A stretch of DNA of 64,000 nucleotides, taken from assembly GCA_900315075.1 (NCBI GenBank), contig OMXV01000017.1, positions 2,736 to 66,735 on the forward strand, read 5' to 3'. This DNA comes from an uncultured Prevotellaceae bacterium. Lineage in GTDB: Bacteria; Bacteroidota; Bacteroidia; Bacteroidales; Bacteroidaceae. The translations under genes were made by a program, and so were the position numbers. Each line of letters opens with the position of its first letter. Within the stretch, counting starts at the first letter, position 1. This document shows positions 10,043 through 21,105 of this stretch, one piece after another. The notes under the pieces are model-generated. The model made no database searches and was not told the origin of the DNA. It worked only from the letters and a program-made list of their open reading frames with translations.

Positions 10043-10222
10043 TGGTTAGAGGTAAGAAGTTAGAGGTGAGAGAATACTCCTGCATTTATAGACTTTAGAC
10101 CTTAGACTTTAGTTAGACTTTAGACATACCAACGATATATCAAAATCTCAATCCAAGTACATTTATGTGAAAAGAGTAATCTCTAACCTCTAACCACTAA
10201 CCTCTTACCTCTAACTTCTAAC
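10038..10222. repeat. Heptamer-built imperfect inverted repeats flanking ~100 bp (MITE-like) between convergent genes
   Basis: Left GTTAGTGGTTAGAGGTAAGAAGTTAGAGG..TACTC; right GAGTAATCTCTAACCTCTAACCACTAACCTCTTACCTCTAACTTCTAACT. Confidence 0.7.
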
Positions 10223-11128
10223 TCACTTCACCCTCACCAGCGTGATTCCCACGCTGGTTTTTTGTTTTTGCAAATACTGATAGAGCGTCATGGGTTCATC
10301 GATGACCTTTTTATGGAGTGACGAGGCATTGAGCAGATGCAGTCCATCTTTATGCCATGAGGCAAATCCCACATGCGAGACATCCAGTCCTGCTTTATTG
10401 GTGACAATGGCAATGATATCGCCATCGTTGATATAATCACGATATTTGTTAGAGTCCTTGAGCTGTTGTTTGGGAATATATGGGAAGGTTGTGTGGCTTA
10501 CCTTATCCTCCATAGCCTTGATTTCAGGCAGCCATGCTTTGTGAGCGTTGAGCATGCGATAGGATGCCACATGGGTAGTCATATAATTAACAAAGGGTGT
10601 ACGGTTGGCTGAAAGTGGTGGGTCGGGGAGGATAACTCGCTCCACCAAACCATCTTTGATATTGTCCTCCATCCAGATGGTGAAATAATGTTGCCGTGTG
10701 GTATATCCCACCTTGCCGCCAATATACCTCACATCTTTCAGCACATTGCAGAATCCCTCAAAATCCGTAATTTTCTTTTTGGCGCACACCGTGAGTGCGA
10801 GCACATTCTCCACGTATGTTGTGCAGTCAACGCCCTTCGTGTTAATCACCAGCGACTCCTCCTTGTTTTGGTCGAGCGTATACCCCACATATGGAAGACC
10901 AATGAACTTCTTTGCGAAGAACATTATCTGATTGGTATCCTGCGGAAGTTCATTTGCCTGCTGAAGCATTTCCACAATTGTCAAGCTATCGGTATTGTGA
11001 GTGATGACCACCTTGGGTACCTGAATACTGTCGGCAGTTTTAGTCTGGCTATTGTTGCTTTTTGTCTCTTGACTACATGATGCCAACGACACACCAGCAA
11101 GCAAAATAAATAATAATAATTTCTTCAT
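10223..11128 (-). CDS. DUF1460 / NlpC-P60-like amidase lipoprotein
   Basis: Lipobox LASC; motifs DCTTYVE and LDVSHVG. Confidence 0.85.
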   Translation of the reverse strand: MKKLLLFILLAGVSLASCSQETKSNNSQTKTADSIQVPKVVITHNTDSLTIVEMLQQANELPQDTNQIMFFAKKFIGLPYVGYTLDQNKEESLVINTKGVDCTTYVENVLALTVCAKKKITDFEGFCNVLKDVRYIGGKVGYTTRQHYFTIWMEDNIKDGLVERVILPDPPLSANRTPFVNYMTTHVASYRMLNAHKAWLPEIKAMEDKVSHTTFPYIPKQQLKDSNKYRDYINDGDIIAIVTNKAGLDVSHVGFASWHKDGLHLLNASSLHKKVIDEPMTLYQYLQKQKTSVGITLVRVK

Positions 11129-11183
11129 AATTCAAAATTCAATCAATTACTAACACAAATCATCACAAATTGAGTTCTTCAGG

Positions 11184-11211
11184 CGGGCATACATAAAGTA
11201 AGCCCCTACAG
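11184..11211 (-). repeat. GTAG-type REP-like palindrome, copy 2
   Basis: Reverse complement CTGTAGGGGCTTACTTTATGTATGCCCG. Confidence 0.8.
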
Positions 11212-11227
11212 AGGAAAACCTCAAATC

Positions 11228-11881
11228 TTAATACCCATACGTTGTTTCATCCAAGGTATCAAACAATTTGCGATATTTTTCCGCGTTATCCATATATCTT
11301 TGGAGTTCTTCGCGATATTTCTCATTGAGCTTATTCCCCTCAAAATCTACTTTAAACGGTGTAGTAGCATTTCCTTCCACCGGGCGCGTCTTGATGACGG
11401 CATGCATCATTTTTCCCTTGTTGAAATAGAATCTGTATTCAATTTGTAGAGAGAGTTCATTATTAGGAGAACCTTCGTCCTCGTTTGTCTCGTATGGGGA
11501 GAAAGCATAGATAAATGCTATTTTCCCGTCCTCGTCATAGAGATACTCCTCATAGTATTCGAGCGCAGAATAGTTATATTTAGTAGTGGCAAAGGTGAGA
11601 TAATGCGAGGAATAAACTTCATCTTTGCCTTCCTTTTCATCAAAGTAGAAAGTAATATTCTCCCTATGTCCTCCTGTGCCAGGCAACCAATGCGAAGCCT
11701 CCACCTTGTAACATTGCATGAATGTGGCTCCATCATTGAAATTTTCCTCCTCGCCCGTTTTTTCGGTAATCATCTCCTTGATGTCCGCATAGCGTTTTCT
11801 AATACTCTCAACGGTATTTTGTGCCCATCCGCATTGGATGCAAGCCATGAGGCATACCACAATAAATAGTCTCTTTCTCAT
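11228..11881 (-). CDS. Hypothetical secreted protein
   Basis: Signal peptide ending GWA-Q; 217-aa ORF. Confidence 0.7.
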   Translation of the reverse strand: MRKRLFIVVCLMACIQCGWAQNTVESIRKRYADIKEMITEKTGEEENFNDGATFMQCYKVEASHWLPGTGGHRENITFYFDEKEGKDEVYSSHYLTFATTKYNYSALEYYEEYLYDEDGKIAFIYAFSPYETNEDEGSPNNELSLQIEYRFYFNKGKMMHAVIKTRPVEGNATTPFKVDFEGNKLNEKYREELQRYMDNAEKYRKLFDTLDETTYGY

Positions 11882-12001
11882 AATCTATTCAATATTATAT
11901 TCTGATTGCTCTTTTTGATGACATTTATCAATGGCTCGATTATTTGAGAGCAAAAATACATAAAAAAAAGATTTTTTTATCTTAGTACGTATAAAAAATG
12001 G

Positions 12002-13240
12002 TCAGAATTCGAGAGGTGGCTCTTTATGTCCTTTTTTCCTTCCGAAATTGATACCTATATATACGTTGATATTACCAAAATAGTTGTTGGTTTGGAACTG
12101 TGATTTCCTATATGTATAGGAATGTAATACACCATATGCTCCGAAATACCATTTTGAATTGTTCCAGATGACTCCCAATCTTCCCACTCCATCAAAGTTT
12201 AAGTTAGAGAAGGAGAAATCGAATTTAGGGAAGATGTCGAAAGCATCCTGGAAGGTGTCACCAGTGGCATGTTTGTATCCTATCGCAGCCGAAAGGCACA
12301 CTGAAAGAAGCCAGTTGCGCGAAAACACCCAATTATATCCATATCCTGCCGACAAGGACACGTCAGTATATCGTATCTTATTGAAATATAGTCCGCTATC
12401 CACCTTCTCCGAAAGGTCGGGGTAGAACCTGTCGAATGTGTTCTGCAATTTTGTATAGTCCAAGTCGAGCGAATGTTTCGTATATCCAGCCCCCATGATA
12501 AACGACCCACGACTCTTTCTCTGGCAAGTGCTCTGACTGAATGCAGCCGGATAGGAGAATTTACGATGATTGAAGATATAATAGGCATTCAGTCCGGTAA
12601 TGGTGACATTGAGTCCGTCGAAAGGCATAGAGTTTACCTCTGGTTCCACTTCCACATCCCCTAATTTCCACGATTGGATATAATAGTCGTGCCCTGACTG
12701 CCTTCTAAAGAAATCAACGCCTATCATCGAACTATACACGCTGAGGTCGAGCTCTTTTTTCTTGTTGGCACTCACATAAGCCAAATCGATGGTATAGCCC
12801 AAGAACAGCAAACTCCATCCGATATAGGGTCCCATTTTGATTCTTGCCTCTGGCGCAAACACGACCTCCTGTCCCGACTTACTCGTTATGCGATAATTTT
12901 CAAACGAATATGTTGACATAAAAGTAGTAGTGAAATTATAGTGCTGCGGCTCGATATATTCAGGATCTACATTATTGAATTCCTTCAGCACACTCACTAT
13001 ACCATCGATGAGTTTTTTGTGAAATGGGCGTTTAGTGGCATCCTGCTCATAATAATCTGGAATTGGAACAGTATCAACAAGCTGCAGATTTTCGTCTATC
13101 GGGAACTGCTCCGTGACGAAGTTGGTGTCGTTCTCTACAGGAATCACTTCACCAGGAATGATTGTGTCACAATCCATCGGACAACCATACATGTTGATGG
13201 CTGCCAAAAAAAGAAAGATGATGACACTGCAGATTCTCAT
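12002..13240 (-). CDS. Outer-membrane beta-barrel protein (DUF4421-like)
   Basis: Signal peptide; YYIFNHRKFSYPAAFSQSTCQRKSRGS; alternating aromatic strands. Confidence 0.75.
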   Translation of the reverse strand: MRICSVIIFLFLAAINMYGCPMDCDTIIPGEVIPVENDTNFVTEQFPIDENLQLVDTVPIPDYYEQDATKRPFHKKLIDGIVSVLKEFNNVDPEYIEPQHYNFTTTFMSTYSFENYRITSKSGQEVVFAPEARIKMGPYIGWSLLFLGYTIDLAYVSANKKKELDLSVYSSMIGVDFFRRQSGHDYYIQSWKLGDVEVEPEVNSMPFDGLNVTITGLNAYYIFNHRKFSYPAAFSQSTCQRKSRGSFIMGAGYTKHSLDLDYTKLQNTFDRFYPDLSEKVDSGLYFNKIRYTDVSLSAGYGYNWVFSRNWLLSVCLSAAIGYKHATGDTFQDAFDIFPKFDFSFSNLNFDGVGRLGVIWNNSKWYFGAYGVLHSYTYRKSQFQTNNYFGNINVYIGINFGRKKGHKEPPLEF

Positions 13241-14223
13241 TATACTTTTCCCAAAATCCGGTCGAGCACCCAGTTGACTGGTGTAGCGGAAATACTATTG
13301 CACTTACACACATTAAACCCTTGCAAATGCTCTATAACAGCCTTGATGATAGGCAATTGCACATACGATGGTGGGGGCACATCTATTTTCACATCGCCAT
13401 CGCTTGTGACAAGATGGATGGGCTGATAATTGAATACAGAAAAACTTACAATTCCCTGTGTTCCTATCACTTCTATTCTATCCTCCGTGGCGGCTTCATG
13501 GCCAACGAAGCACCATGACCCACTACCTGGCAAACCATTCTCAAACTTAAATGAAGCGCTCAATGTATCCTCAGCAGAATACAGCCCTCCCCTATTCGCA
13601 CAAATGCCATGTGCATCAACGATGACTCCAAAAATATCCTGAAGGAGATCCAACTGATGCGGGGCGAGGTCATAGAAATAGCCGCCGCCTGAGACTTCAG
13701 GTTTCAATCGCCATGGCAACTGCCCCGCCAAGGCATAATCTTGTGGTCTTGGTGGACATGCAAACCTTACCTGTACATTACTCACTCGGCCGATTACACC
13801 GTTGAGAATCAGTTCCTTGACCTTCTGGAAATAGGCCAGATACCTACGGTAATAAGCCACAAAACAGGGAACACCCGTCTGCTCACTCACACGGTTGATG
13901 CGCACACAGTCGAGATAGTTGGCGGCAAGCGGTTTCTCAACATAGACTGGCTTTCCGGCCCTCATGGCCATAATGGCGTAGAGTGCATGACTCGATGGTG
14001 GAGTCGCCACATAGACGGCATTTACGTCCGGGTCGTCAATCAGTTGCTGTGGATCGGTGTACCATTTCCTGATGTGATGTTTCTCAGCGTATTTTCTTAC
14101 ACGCTCCTCGGTGCGACACATCACGGCCACCACACTCGAACCTTCTACCTCGCTGAAAGCTGGTCCGCTTTTCAGCTCAGTCACTTCACCGCAGCCCACA
14201 AAGCCCCATCTGATGTATTTCAT
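13240..14223 (-). CDS. Gfo/Idh/MocA family oxidoreductase
   Basis: WGFVGCG, VYVATPPSSH, VYVEKP, GGYFYDLAPHQLD. Confidence 0.92.
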   Translation of the reverse strand: MKYIRWGFVGCGEVTELKSGPAFSEVEGSSVVAVMCRTEERVRKYAEKHHIRKWYTDPQQLIDDPDVNAVYVATPPSSHALYAIMAMRAGKPVYVEKPLAANYLDCVRINRVSEQTGVPCFVAYYRRYLAYFQKVKELILNGVIGRVSNVQVRFACPPRPQDYALAGQLPWRLKPEVSGGGYFYDLAPHQLDLLQDIFGVIVDAHGICANRGGLYSAEDTLSASFKFENGLPGSGSWCFVGHEAATEDRIEVIGTQGIVSFSVFNYQPIHLVTSDGDVKIDVPPPSYVQLPIIKAVIEHLQGFNVCKCNSISATPVNWVLDRILGKV

Positions 14224-14451
14224 ATTCCGTAAAGACTAATTATTCCAATCAAGCAATTCAAGTTCAATAGAAACGCAGGCTTCTTCGTCTGCAAATTAGA
14301 ACCGTGAAGTTCTTCATTGCCGATGCCTACACATCCCTTAGAGCACTGCAAATTTAGTGGTTTTTTCGGGAATAGTAGCGTTTTCGGTGTAGTATTATCT
14401 TTTTTTAGTAATTATAACCATTTCTATATTACTTTGTCTATAGGAAAAAAG

Positions 14452-14488
14452 CAAAAATCGCCAATCCGTGATGGATTGGCGATTTTTG
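14452..14488. terminator. Hairpin terminator downstream of the esterase gene
   Basis: CAAAAATCGCCAATCC-GTGAT-GGATTGGCGATTTTTG. Confidence 0.8.
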
Positions 14489-14511
14489 TATAGGGAATTG
14501 TTTCAGCTATA

Positions 14512-16017
14512 TTATTTGACCACAAACTTTTTCCCATTCTTGATAACGATACCACGATAGTCGTCACCTACAGGTACACCCATAAGGTTATAAGTTGGTG
14601 TATTGCGCTCCGAACCGACAACTATTTCCTTTTCATTCACCTCTGAAGTAACATCTTTCAATGTGCAGAAAGTGAAATAGGCGGGTTCGTCGTATTTTGC
14701 AGTATCGTTGGTTTTCAGATATTTGCCCGTACCGACATTCCTCAAGGTAAAGCCCTTACCCTCTACATACTGAATGTCCCAAACGGCACCCTTGGCGATA
14801 TCTTGACCATTATTCTGGCCGTTCACTCCTCCGATGAAGCAACGGTTGCCATCAACATCCTGCGAATTCAGATAGCCAAAATCTCCAGTCAACAAATAGT
14901 CACCACCTTCAGGAGTGACAAGGCGTAAGCGGAATCCTCCACCTGTTCTACTCAGCTTAAAGTAATAGCCAGAATTAAGTTCTGCAAAGGCTTGTTCAAA
15001 ATCGCCATAGCCCAAAAACTGTTCATGGCGGCCATATAATGCTTTATGATCTGCCTCATTGACAATAGCAAAAGGTGAGGTTTTGATATCTTTCAGTTCG
15101 ACGAAACGCTGGTCGATTGCTTTTGGAGTAGCAGGAACGGTGGGCTGATCAATATCTATATCTATACCATATATTGCACTTAATGCTATCTGGGCATAGC
15201 GCTGACCAAAGAGACGATAGCCCTGGGCTGAAAAATGCCACGGGTCTGACCCGTTTCCTGGAAGGTATTTCGCCGATACCACATGAGATGTAGGAATAAC
15301 GCTGGGCATGCGGTCAACCTGTACGTTATGACTTGAACATCCGCCACCCATATTCTGATACTCTACTTCACCTACAAACAAGGGTACATCGGCAGCCTGT
15401 AGGTCAAGGTCGTTGAGCATGTCATTATATATCTTCTTCACCATATCTGGCCAATTAGGATCACCACAGTTTGAACAACCTTGATGGAGCAGGATACCCT
15501 TGATGACCCCAACTTCCTTGGCTTTCTTAGCCATCTCAATGATACGGCCATAAGGATTGCCGCCGTAGTTCCATTTTGCTAACGTAGCCCACCATTCATT
15601 GGGGTTATCCGCCATTTTCTGCTGGTATTTATCTTTGTCGAACATCTCGATAGGACTGCCACCCATAGCCACAGCGATGACACCTATCTTGTGGTTGGGC
15701 AGATTGGCTACCATTGTACGGCCAAAGTAGTCGGTGGGGCCTAACTTTCCCTGAGGGCTTACGATAGGACACTCTGCCTTGTACCAGTTGCCGAGAGTAC
15801 GTTTGGGACTATCAAAGTTGCAGGTGGCCAACATCTGAAAGCGTGCATCTACATTTCCCACATCTTGTGATTCCCACTGGGCATTACCTTCCATATTGGA
15901 TTGGCCGAAACAGATGTAGATGTGGAAATTAGGATCCACTTCAGCTTTCACTTCCAGGGATGTCGCTAACATAAACAATCCCATCACCATCAAAGAAATT
16001 TTCTTCATTATCTTCAT
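14512..16017 (-). CDS. Sialate O-acetylesterase / CE6-like acetyl-xylan esterase with T9SS-type tail
   Basis: GQSNMEG, HQG, DPWHF; C-terminus YNLMGVPV...GIVIKNGKKFVVK. Confidence 0.85.
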   Translation of the reverse strand: MKIMKKISLMVMGLFMLATSLEVKAEVDPNFHIYICFGQSNMEGNAQWESQDVGNVDARFQMLATCNFDSPKRTLGNWYKAECPIVSPQGKLGPTDYFGRTMVANLPNHKIGVIAVAMGGSPIEMFDKDKYQQKMADNPNEWWATLAKWNYGGNPYGRIIEMAKKAKEVGVIKGILLHQGCSNCGDPNWPDMVKKIYNDMLNDLDLQAADVPLFVGEVEYQNMGGGCSSHNVQVDRMPSVIPTSHVVSAKYLPGNGSDPWHFSAQGYRLFGQRYAQIALSAIYGIDIDIDQPTVPATPKAIDQRFVELKDIKTSPFAIVNEADHKALYGRHEQFLGYGDFEQAFAELNSGYYFKLSRTGGGFRLRLVTPEGGDYLLTGDFGYLNSQDVDGNRCFIGGVNGQNNGQDIAKGAVWDIQYVEGKGFTLRNVGTGKYLKTNDTAKYDEPAYFTFCTLKDVTSEVNEKEIVVGSERNTPTYNLMGVPVGDDYRGIVIKNGKKFVVK

Positions 16018-16332
16018 ACAGTTTTTATAAGAGTTTGTTAATTGCATTGGGTTGGCAAAGGTACTATAGATATTTTGATTATCCTTTTTCATAAATCCCC
16101 AATACTTTATCGTATGTTACACACGTGCAAAAAAACAGCCATGACCGATGAGACACTAATTACTTGCAAAAACTAAAAAATCAAGGAAAAAGCTGGTTTG
16201 TCACGTAAAAAGTTGTAAAGTGAGATTATTTTTGTAAATTTGCAGTTTAATAATCGTTAGCAACGAGACACAAATATCCAACATTCTGTTTTTGTGCCTC
16301 AACATTGTCCCCAATAGCAATAAAATATCAAC

Positions 16333-16971
16333 ATGGAAATCAAGAAGTCAGAATTCATTGTGAGCAGTCCGACTATACAGCGGTGCCCCAACGACGACAA
16401 GTATGAATATGCCTTCATAGGCCGTTCCAACGTGGGCAAGTCAAGTCTTATCAATATGCTTTGCAACCATAAGGGCCTTGCCAAGACCTCTTCCACACCT
16501 GGTAAGACACTACTCATCAACCACTTTCTCATCAACGACGATTGGTATTTGGTTGACTTGCCCGGCTATGGCTTTGCAAAACGCTCAAAAAAAGTGCAAG
16601 AGCAGATACAAAACATGATTTCGTCGTATCTGATGATGCGCGAGCAACTTGTTACCACATTCGTGCTCATCGACATCCGTCACACACCACAAAAGATAGA
16701 CCTGGAGTTTCTGGAATGGCTTGGCACCAATGGCATCCCCTTCTCAATCGTCTTCACCAAAGCCGACAAACTGTCTAAACTGCGCGCCAACGAGAATGTC
16801 AAGAAATACATCACTGTGCTGAAAGAGACATGGGAAGAACTTCCACCATATTTCATCACCAGCAGTGAGAAAAAGACTGGTCGGGATGAACTACTCGACT
16901 ATATCGAACAAATCAACAAAGACCTTGATGCTTCCGAAGCCGAAAATACAGAAATACCAGAAGAAGCATGA
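16333..16971 (+). CDS. engB: Ribosome biogenesis GTPase YihA/YsxC
   Basis: [27 protein letters not shown]. Confidence 0.95.
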   Translation: MEIKKSEFIVSSPTIQRCPNDDKYEYAFIGRSNVGKSSLINMLCNHKGLAKTSSTPGKTLLINHFLINDDWYLVDLPGYGFAKRSKKVQEQIQNMISSYLMMREQLVTTFVLIDIRHTPQKIDLEFLEWLGTNGIPFSIVFTKADKLSKLRANENVKKYITVLKETWEELPPYFITSSEKKTGRDELLDYIEQINKDLDASEAENTEIPEEA

Positions 16972-18737
16972 CTCCCTATCTCGACGTTCAACACCTCACA
17001 AAATCATTTGGCTCCCAAGTGCTCTTCGACGACATCTCATTCTCCATCGGCGAAGGTCAGCATGTGGGACTGATTGCTAAAAACGGTATCGGCAAATCCA
17101 CCCTGCTATCCATCATCGCAGGCAACGAAGGTTACGACTCTGGCGACCTCATCTGGAAGCGCGACCTACGTGTGGGCTATCTGGAACAATGCCCCACCTT
17201 CGACCCCGAAGAGAGCGTGCTCGATGCCTGTTTCAATCATCAAGGTGAAGATGAGAAAGTGCTCAGGGCCAAACAAGTGCTCACCCAACTGAAGATTTCG
17301 GATTTAAACCAACCCATGGGTGAGTTGAGCGGTGGCCAGCAAAAGCGTGTAGCCCTTGCCAATGTGCTGTTGACCGACCCAGACTTGCTAATTCTCGACG
17401 AGCCAACCAACCACTTAGACCTCGACATGATTGAATGGTTGGAGGGGTATCTGTCGCGCGGCAACCGCACCTTGCTGATGGTTACCCACGACCGATATTT
17501 TCTCGACAACGTCTGCAATTTGATATTAGAACTTGACGACCAGACTCTCTACACTTACCGAGGCAACTATGCCTATTATTTAGAGAAGCGCCAGCAACGC
17601 ATCGACGTGGCCCGCGCCGAAATTGCCCGTGCCAACAATCTCTATCGTCGAGAACTGGAATGGATGCGCCGACAACCACAAGCAAGAGGCCATAAAGCAC
17701 GCTACCGCGAGGAGGCTTTCTACGAATTGGAGCAGCGCGCCCGACGTAGAATTGAAGAAAGACAAGTGCGTCTGAAATCAAAAAACGTGTATATCGGAAG
17801 TAAGATTTTCGAGTGTCAGTATGTCTCAAAATCATACGGCGACCAAATCATCCTAAAAGATTTCTACTACAATTTCTCACGCTATGAGAAAATGGGTATC
17901 GTCGGCAACAACGGCACAGGCAAATCCACCTTCATCAAAATGCTATTGGGCAAAGAACCTTTGGATTCTGGTAAATTCGACATTGGCGACACTGTTCGCT
18001 TTGGCTATTTCTCTCAAGAAGGTCTCCAATTCGACACCAGCATGAAAGTATTGGATGTGGTCACAGCGATAGCCGACTACATCGACCTTGGTGGTGGTCG
18101 ACACTTCACTGCCTCACAGTTTTTACAGTATTTTCTGTTCACCCCCGAACAACAATACAACTATGTCTATAAACTGAGTGGCGGAGAACGTCGCAAGCTC
18201 TACCTGTGCACAGTGTTGATGCGCAACCCCAATTTCCTTGTGCTCGACGAGCCAACCAACGACCTCGACATCCAAACGCTGCAGATACTCGAAGAATACT
18301 TGGCTGATTTCCCTGGATGTGTCATCGTAGTAAGCCACGACCGCTACTTCATGGACAAAGTTGTTGACCACCTCTTAGTGTTTAAGGGACAAGGGGAAAT
18401 CAAGGACTTCCCCGGCAATTACACCCAATATCGTGAATGGAGCAAATTGCTCAGCAGCGAGGAACGTCCCAAGACTGTCTCCGAAAAGCAACCACGCCGC
18501 GACTATCACAACGAGACCAAGCGTAAAATGACCTACAAGGAGAAGACCGAGTTTGCACGCTTGGAGGAAGAGATCGCCGCCTTAGAGGCTGAACAAAAAC
18601 AAATTGAGTCAGCCCTGTCGGGTGCCACACTCTCTGTAGAAGAAATCACCACTATGAGCAAACGGCTTCCTGTTCTCAAAGAGGAATTAGAGGAAAAAAG
18701 CATGCGCTGGCTGGAACTGAGTGAAATAGCAGGATGA
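16968..18737 (+). CDS. ABC-F family ATP-binding protein (Uup-like)
   Basis: Two ABC cassettes ([24 protein letters not shown]), no transmembrane segments, C-terminal coiled coil. Confidence 0.9.
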   Translation: MTPYLDVQHLTKSFGSQVLFDDISFSIGEGQHVGLIAKNGIGKSTLLSIIAGNEGYDSGDLIWKRDLRVGYLEQCPTFDPEESVLDACFNHQGEDEKVLRAKQVLTQLKISDLNQPMGELSGGQQKRVALANVLLTDPDLLILDEPTNHLDLDMIEWLEGYLSRGNRTLLMVTHDRYFLDNVCNLILELDDQTLYTYRGNYAYYLEKRQQRIDVARAEIARANNLYRRELEWMRRQPQARGHKARYREEAFYELEQRARRRIEERQVRLKSKNVYIGSKIFECQYVSKSYGDQIILKDFYYNFSRYEKMGIVGNNGTGKSTFIKMLLGKEPLDSGKFDIGDTVRFGYFSQEGLQFDTSMKVLDVVTAIADYIDLGGGRHFTASQFLQYFLFTPEQQYNYVYKLSGGERRKLYLCTVLMRNPNFLVLDEPTNDLDIQTLQILEEYLADFPGCVIVVSHDRYFMDKVVDHLLVFKGQGEIKDFPGNYTQYREWSKLLSSEERPKTVSEKQPRRDYHNETKRKMTYKEKTEFARLEEEIAALEAEQKQIESALSGATLSVEEITTMSKRLPVLKEELEEKSMRWLELSEIAG

Positions 18738-18752
18738 ATATGCCTGTTCTAA

Positions 18753-18783
18753 TTTCTCCGTATGCGTCGGTTTTGCCGACGCA
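18753..18783 (+). repeat. Second REP-like hairpin family (CCGTATGCG...), also a likely bidirectional terminator
   Basis: TTTCTCCGTATGCGTCGGTTTTGCCGACGCA; related copy at 32377-32406 on the minus strand. Confidence 0.65.
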
Positions 18784-18790
18784 ACAATTA

Positions 18791-20104
18791 TCACTTTCCT
18801 ATACAATGATATTCGAAGCCGAATTCCTGTAGTTCATCAGGGTCGTAGATATTCCTACCATCAATGACCACGGCATTCTTCATCGACCTTTTCATTACGC
18901 CCCAACTGGGAAGTCTGAACTGTTTCCACTCCGTGAGCATCAACATGGCATCAGCATCCAAGACAGCATCGTACATATCCTTTGCATACTCCACGGTGTC
19001 ACCTATGCGGCGTTTGCACTCCTCCATTGCCACAGGGTCATAAACCCTCACCCGACATCCAGCATCAAGCAACAACTTGATGGTGACAAGCGAAGTAGCC
19101 TCGCGCATGTCGTCGGTCTCGGGTTTGAAGGAAAGACCCCAAATGGCAACTGTCTTTCCCTTCAAGTCATTGTTGAACAATTTTGACAGCTTGTTAAACA
19201 CAACAAACTTCTGGGCATCATTCACCTGCTCTACAGCCTTCAGCACCCTCATCTCATAGCCATTCTTCTCGGCTGTGCGAATAAGAGCCTTGACATCTTT
19301 GGGGAAGCAACTACCTCCATATCCACATCCAGGATAAAGGAACTTACGTCCGATGCGGGTATCTGCACCGATGCCCTGTCTTACCATCTCCACATTTGCT
19401 CCAACAATCTCGCAGAGATTGGCAATGTCGTTCATAAAACTGATACGTGTGGCCAACATGGAATTTGCTGCGTATTTAATCATCTCTGCCGATGGTATAT
19501 CGGTAAAGATAACTCTGAAATTATTCAACAAGAAAGGTCTGTAAAGTCTTGTCATCAGTGCGCGTGCCCTATCTGACTCCACACCCACAACCACACGGTC
19601 GGGACTCATAAAATCCTTGATTGCATTTCCCTCTTTAAGAAACTCCGGGTTGGAAGCAACATCGAATGGAATATCTTCTCCTCTTTTTTGCAACTCTTCT
19701 TGTACCACCTTCTTTACCTTTGCGGCAGTACCGACAGGGACGGTAGATTTCGTAACCAAAACAGTATATTTTTTGATTTGCTGTCCGAAAGTCCTTGCCA
19801 CATCAAGCACATATTTCAAGTCGGCTGAGCCGTCTTCATCAGGAGGTGTACCAACAGCACTGAATACCATCGACACGTCATCGATGACATCAGCAAGCGA
19901 CGTAGAAAAACCAAGTCTTCCAGCTGCCACATTCCTTCGAACCATCTCGTCGAGACCAGGCTCATAAATGGGAATTTTTCCTTCCTTAAGACATTGGATT
20001 TTACTCTCGTCGATATCCACACACATCACATGCGCGCCCATTTCTGCAAAACAGGCACCACTAACAAGGCCGACATAACCTGTACCAACTACTGCTACAT
20101 TCAT
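18791..20104 (-). CDS. ugd: UDP-glucose 6-dehydrogenase
   Basis: VVGTGYVGL, KSTVPVGT, SNPEFLKEG, GYGGSCFPKD, FKPETDDMR. Confidence 0.95.
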   Translation of the reverse strand: MNVAVVGTGYVGLVSGACFAEMGAHVMCVDIDESKIQCLKEGKIPIYEPGLDEMVRRNVAAGRLGFSTSLADVIDDVSMVFSAVGTPPDEDGSADLKYVLDVARTFGQQIKKYTVLVTKSTVPVGTAAKVKKVVQEELQKRGEDIPFDVASNPEFLKEGNAIKDFMSPDRVVVGVESDRARALMTRLYRPFLLNNFRVIFTDIPSAEMIKYAANSMLATRISFMNDIANLCEIVGANVEMVRQGIGADTRIGRKFLYPGCGYGGSCFPKDVKALIRTAEKNGYEMRVLKAVEQVNDAQKFVVFNKLSKLFNNDLKGKTVAIWGLSFKPETDDMREATSLVTIKLLLDAGCRVRVYDPVAMEECKRRIGDTVEYAKDMYDAVLDADAMLMLTEWKQFRLPSWGVMKRSMKNAVVIDGRNIYDPDELQEFGFEYHCIGK

Positions 20105-20283
20105 ATTAATTCAATTTTCATATTCATTCAACTTTCGGTAGTTAAAAGGAAGTTAAAGGGTAGTTAAGGGGACTAATATTCAATATAACCATAGCTGGTG
20201 AAAATACAAATCCCATTTACTTGTCATTACAACTTTACTTCATTCTCTATCTCTTTACTTGTGAAAGATGAGTAATAAAAAAG

Positions 20284-20644
20284 AAAGCAGAGCCCCTATA
20301 AGCCGGGTTCTGTATCTGGCACTAGGCCAGGTGCCTGTCATTTATCTAGGACGCGTGCGTCTCAAGCGTTCTACCCTCCATCGGAGTTAGTCGGACGAGC
20401 AGCCCTCAGACGATGGTTTACATGAACTTGCAGCCTCCAGCCGGCACAGCACGACGATCACCCGTCGCCTGGTGGTCTCTTACACCACCTTCTCACCCTT
20501 ACCCGTCACGATGACAGGCGGTTGTTTTCTTCTGCCTACACCCACCGTCGCCGATGGCTTCTATTTTCGGAAGTGAAGTGCTCTATGCTGCCCGGACTTT
20601 CCTCTTTCACACATGGTGACAGCGACAGGCCGGGATTCTGCTTT
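20284..20644 (-). ncRNA. rnpB: RNase P RNA, class A
   Basis: Minus strand has GAGGAAAGTCCGGGC...GGGTAAGGGTGAGAAGGTGGTGTAAGAGACCACC...ACAGAACCCGGCTTA and terminal AGCAGA/TCTGCT pairing. Confidence 0.95.
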
Positions 20645-20651
20645 CAGAGTG

Positions 20652-20659
20652 CAAAGTTA
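20652..20659 (-). promoter_or_regulatory. -7 box for rnpB
   Basis: TAACTTTG on the minus strand just upstream of the RNA. Confidence 0.7.
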
Positions 20660-20815
20660 CTCTAAGTTGCAAAAACCACAAAATGATTTCATACTTTTTT
20701 GCTTACTGCGGAGGGAAATGAGAAAAACGACCACAAACAGCCCGAATGACACGAAATATTTTGATCACGAATTGATTTTTGATCACGAATTTTAGAATTA
20801 GAATTTAGTTTGCCA

Positions 20816-21097
20816 TGTTGATTGGTGCATTCGTGGTCGCATTCTCTAATTCTATAATTCGTGACATTAGACCTCAACCAACATTTTCGTGTTGATTGGT
20901 GCCATTCGTGGTCGCATAATTCTCAAATTCTATAATTCGTGACATTAGACTTCACCCAACATTTTCGTGTTAATTGGTGCCATTCGTGGTCGCATTCTCT
21001 AATTCTATAATTCGTGACATTAGACTTCACCCAACATTTTCGTGTTGATTGGTGCCATTCGTGGTCGCATTCTCTAATTCTATAATTCGTGACATTA
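20816..21097. repeat. ~75-bp tandem repeat, about 3.7 copies
   Basis: Unit TGTTGATTGGTGCCATTCGTGGTCGCATTCTCTAATTCTATAATTCGTGACATTAGACTTCACCCAACATTTTCG starting at 20816, 20890, 20968, 21043. Confidence 0.92.
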
Positions 21098-21105
21098 TCC
21101 AACTA

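Noticed and set aside
14230-14350. Riboswitch in the leader of the Gfo/Idh/MocA gene
   Set aside because: Only short weak hairpins and no recognisable aptamer consensus.
20816-21097. CRISPR array
   Set aside because: Units repeat along their whole length with no unique spacers, and no cas genes are present.
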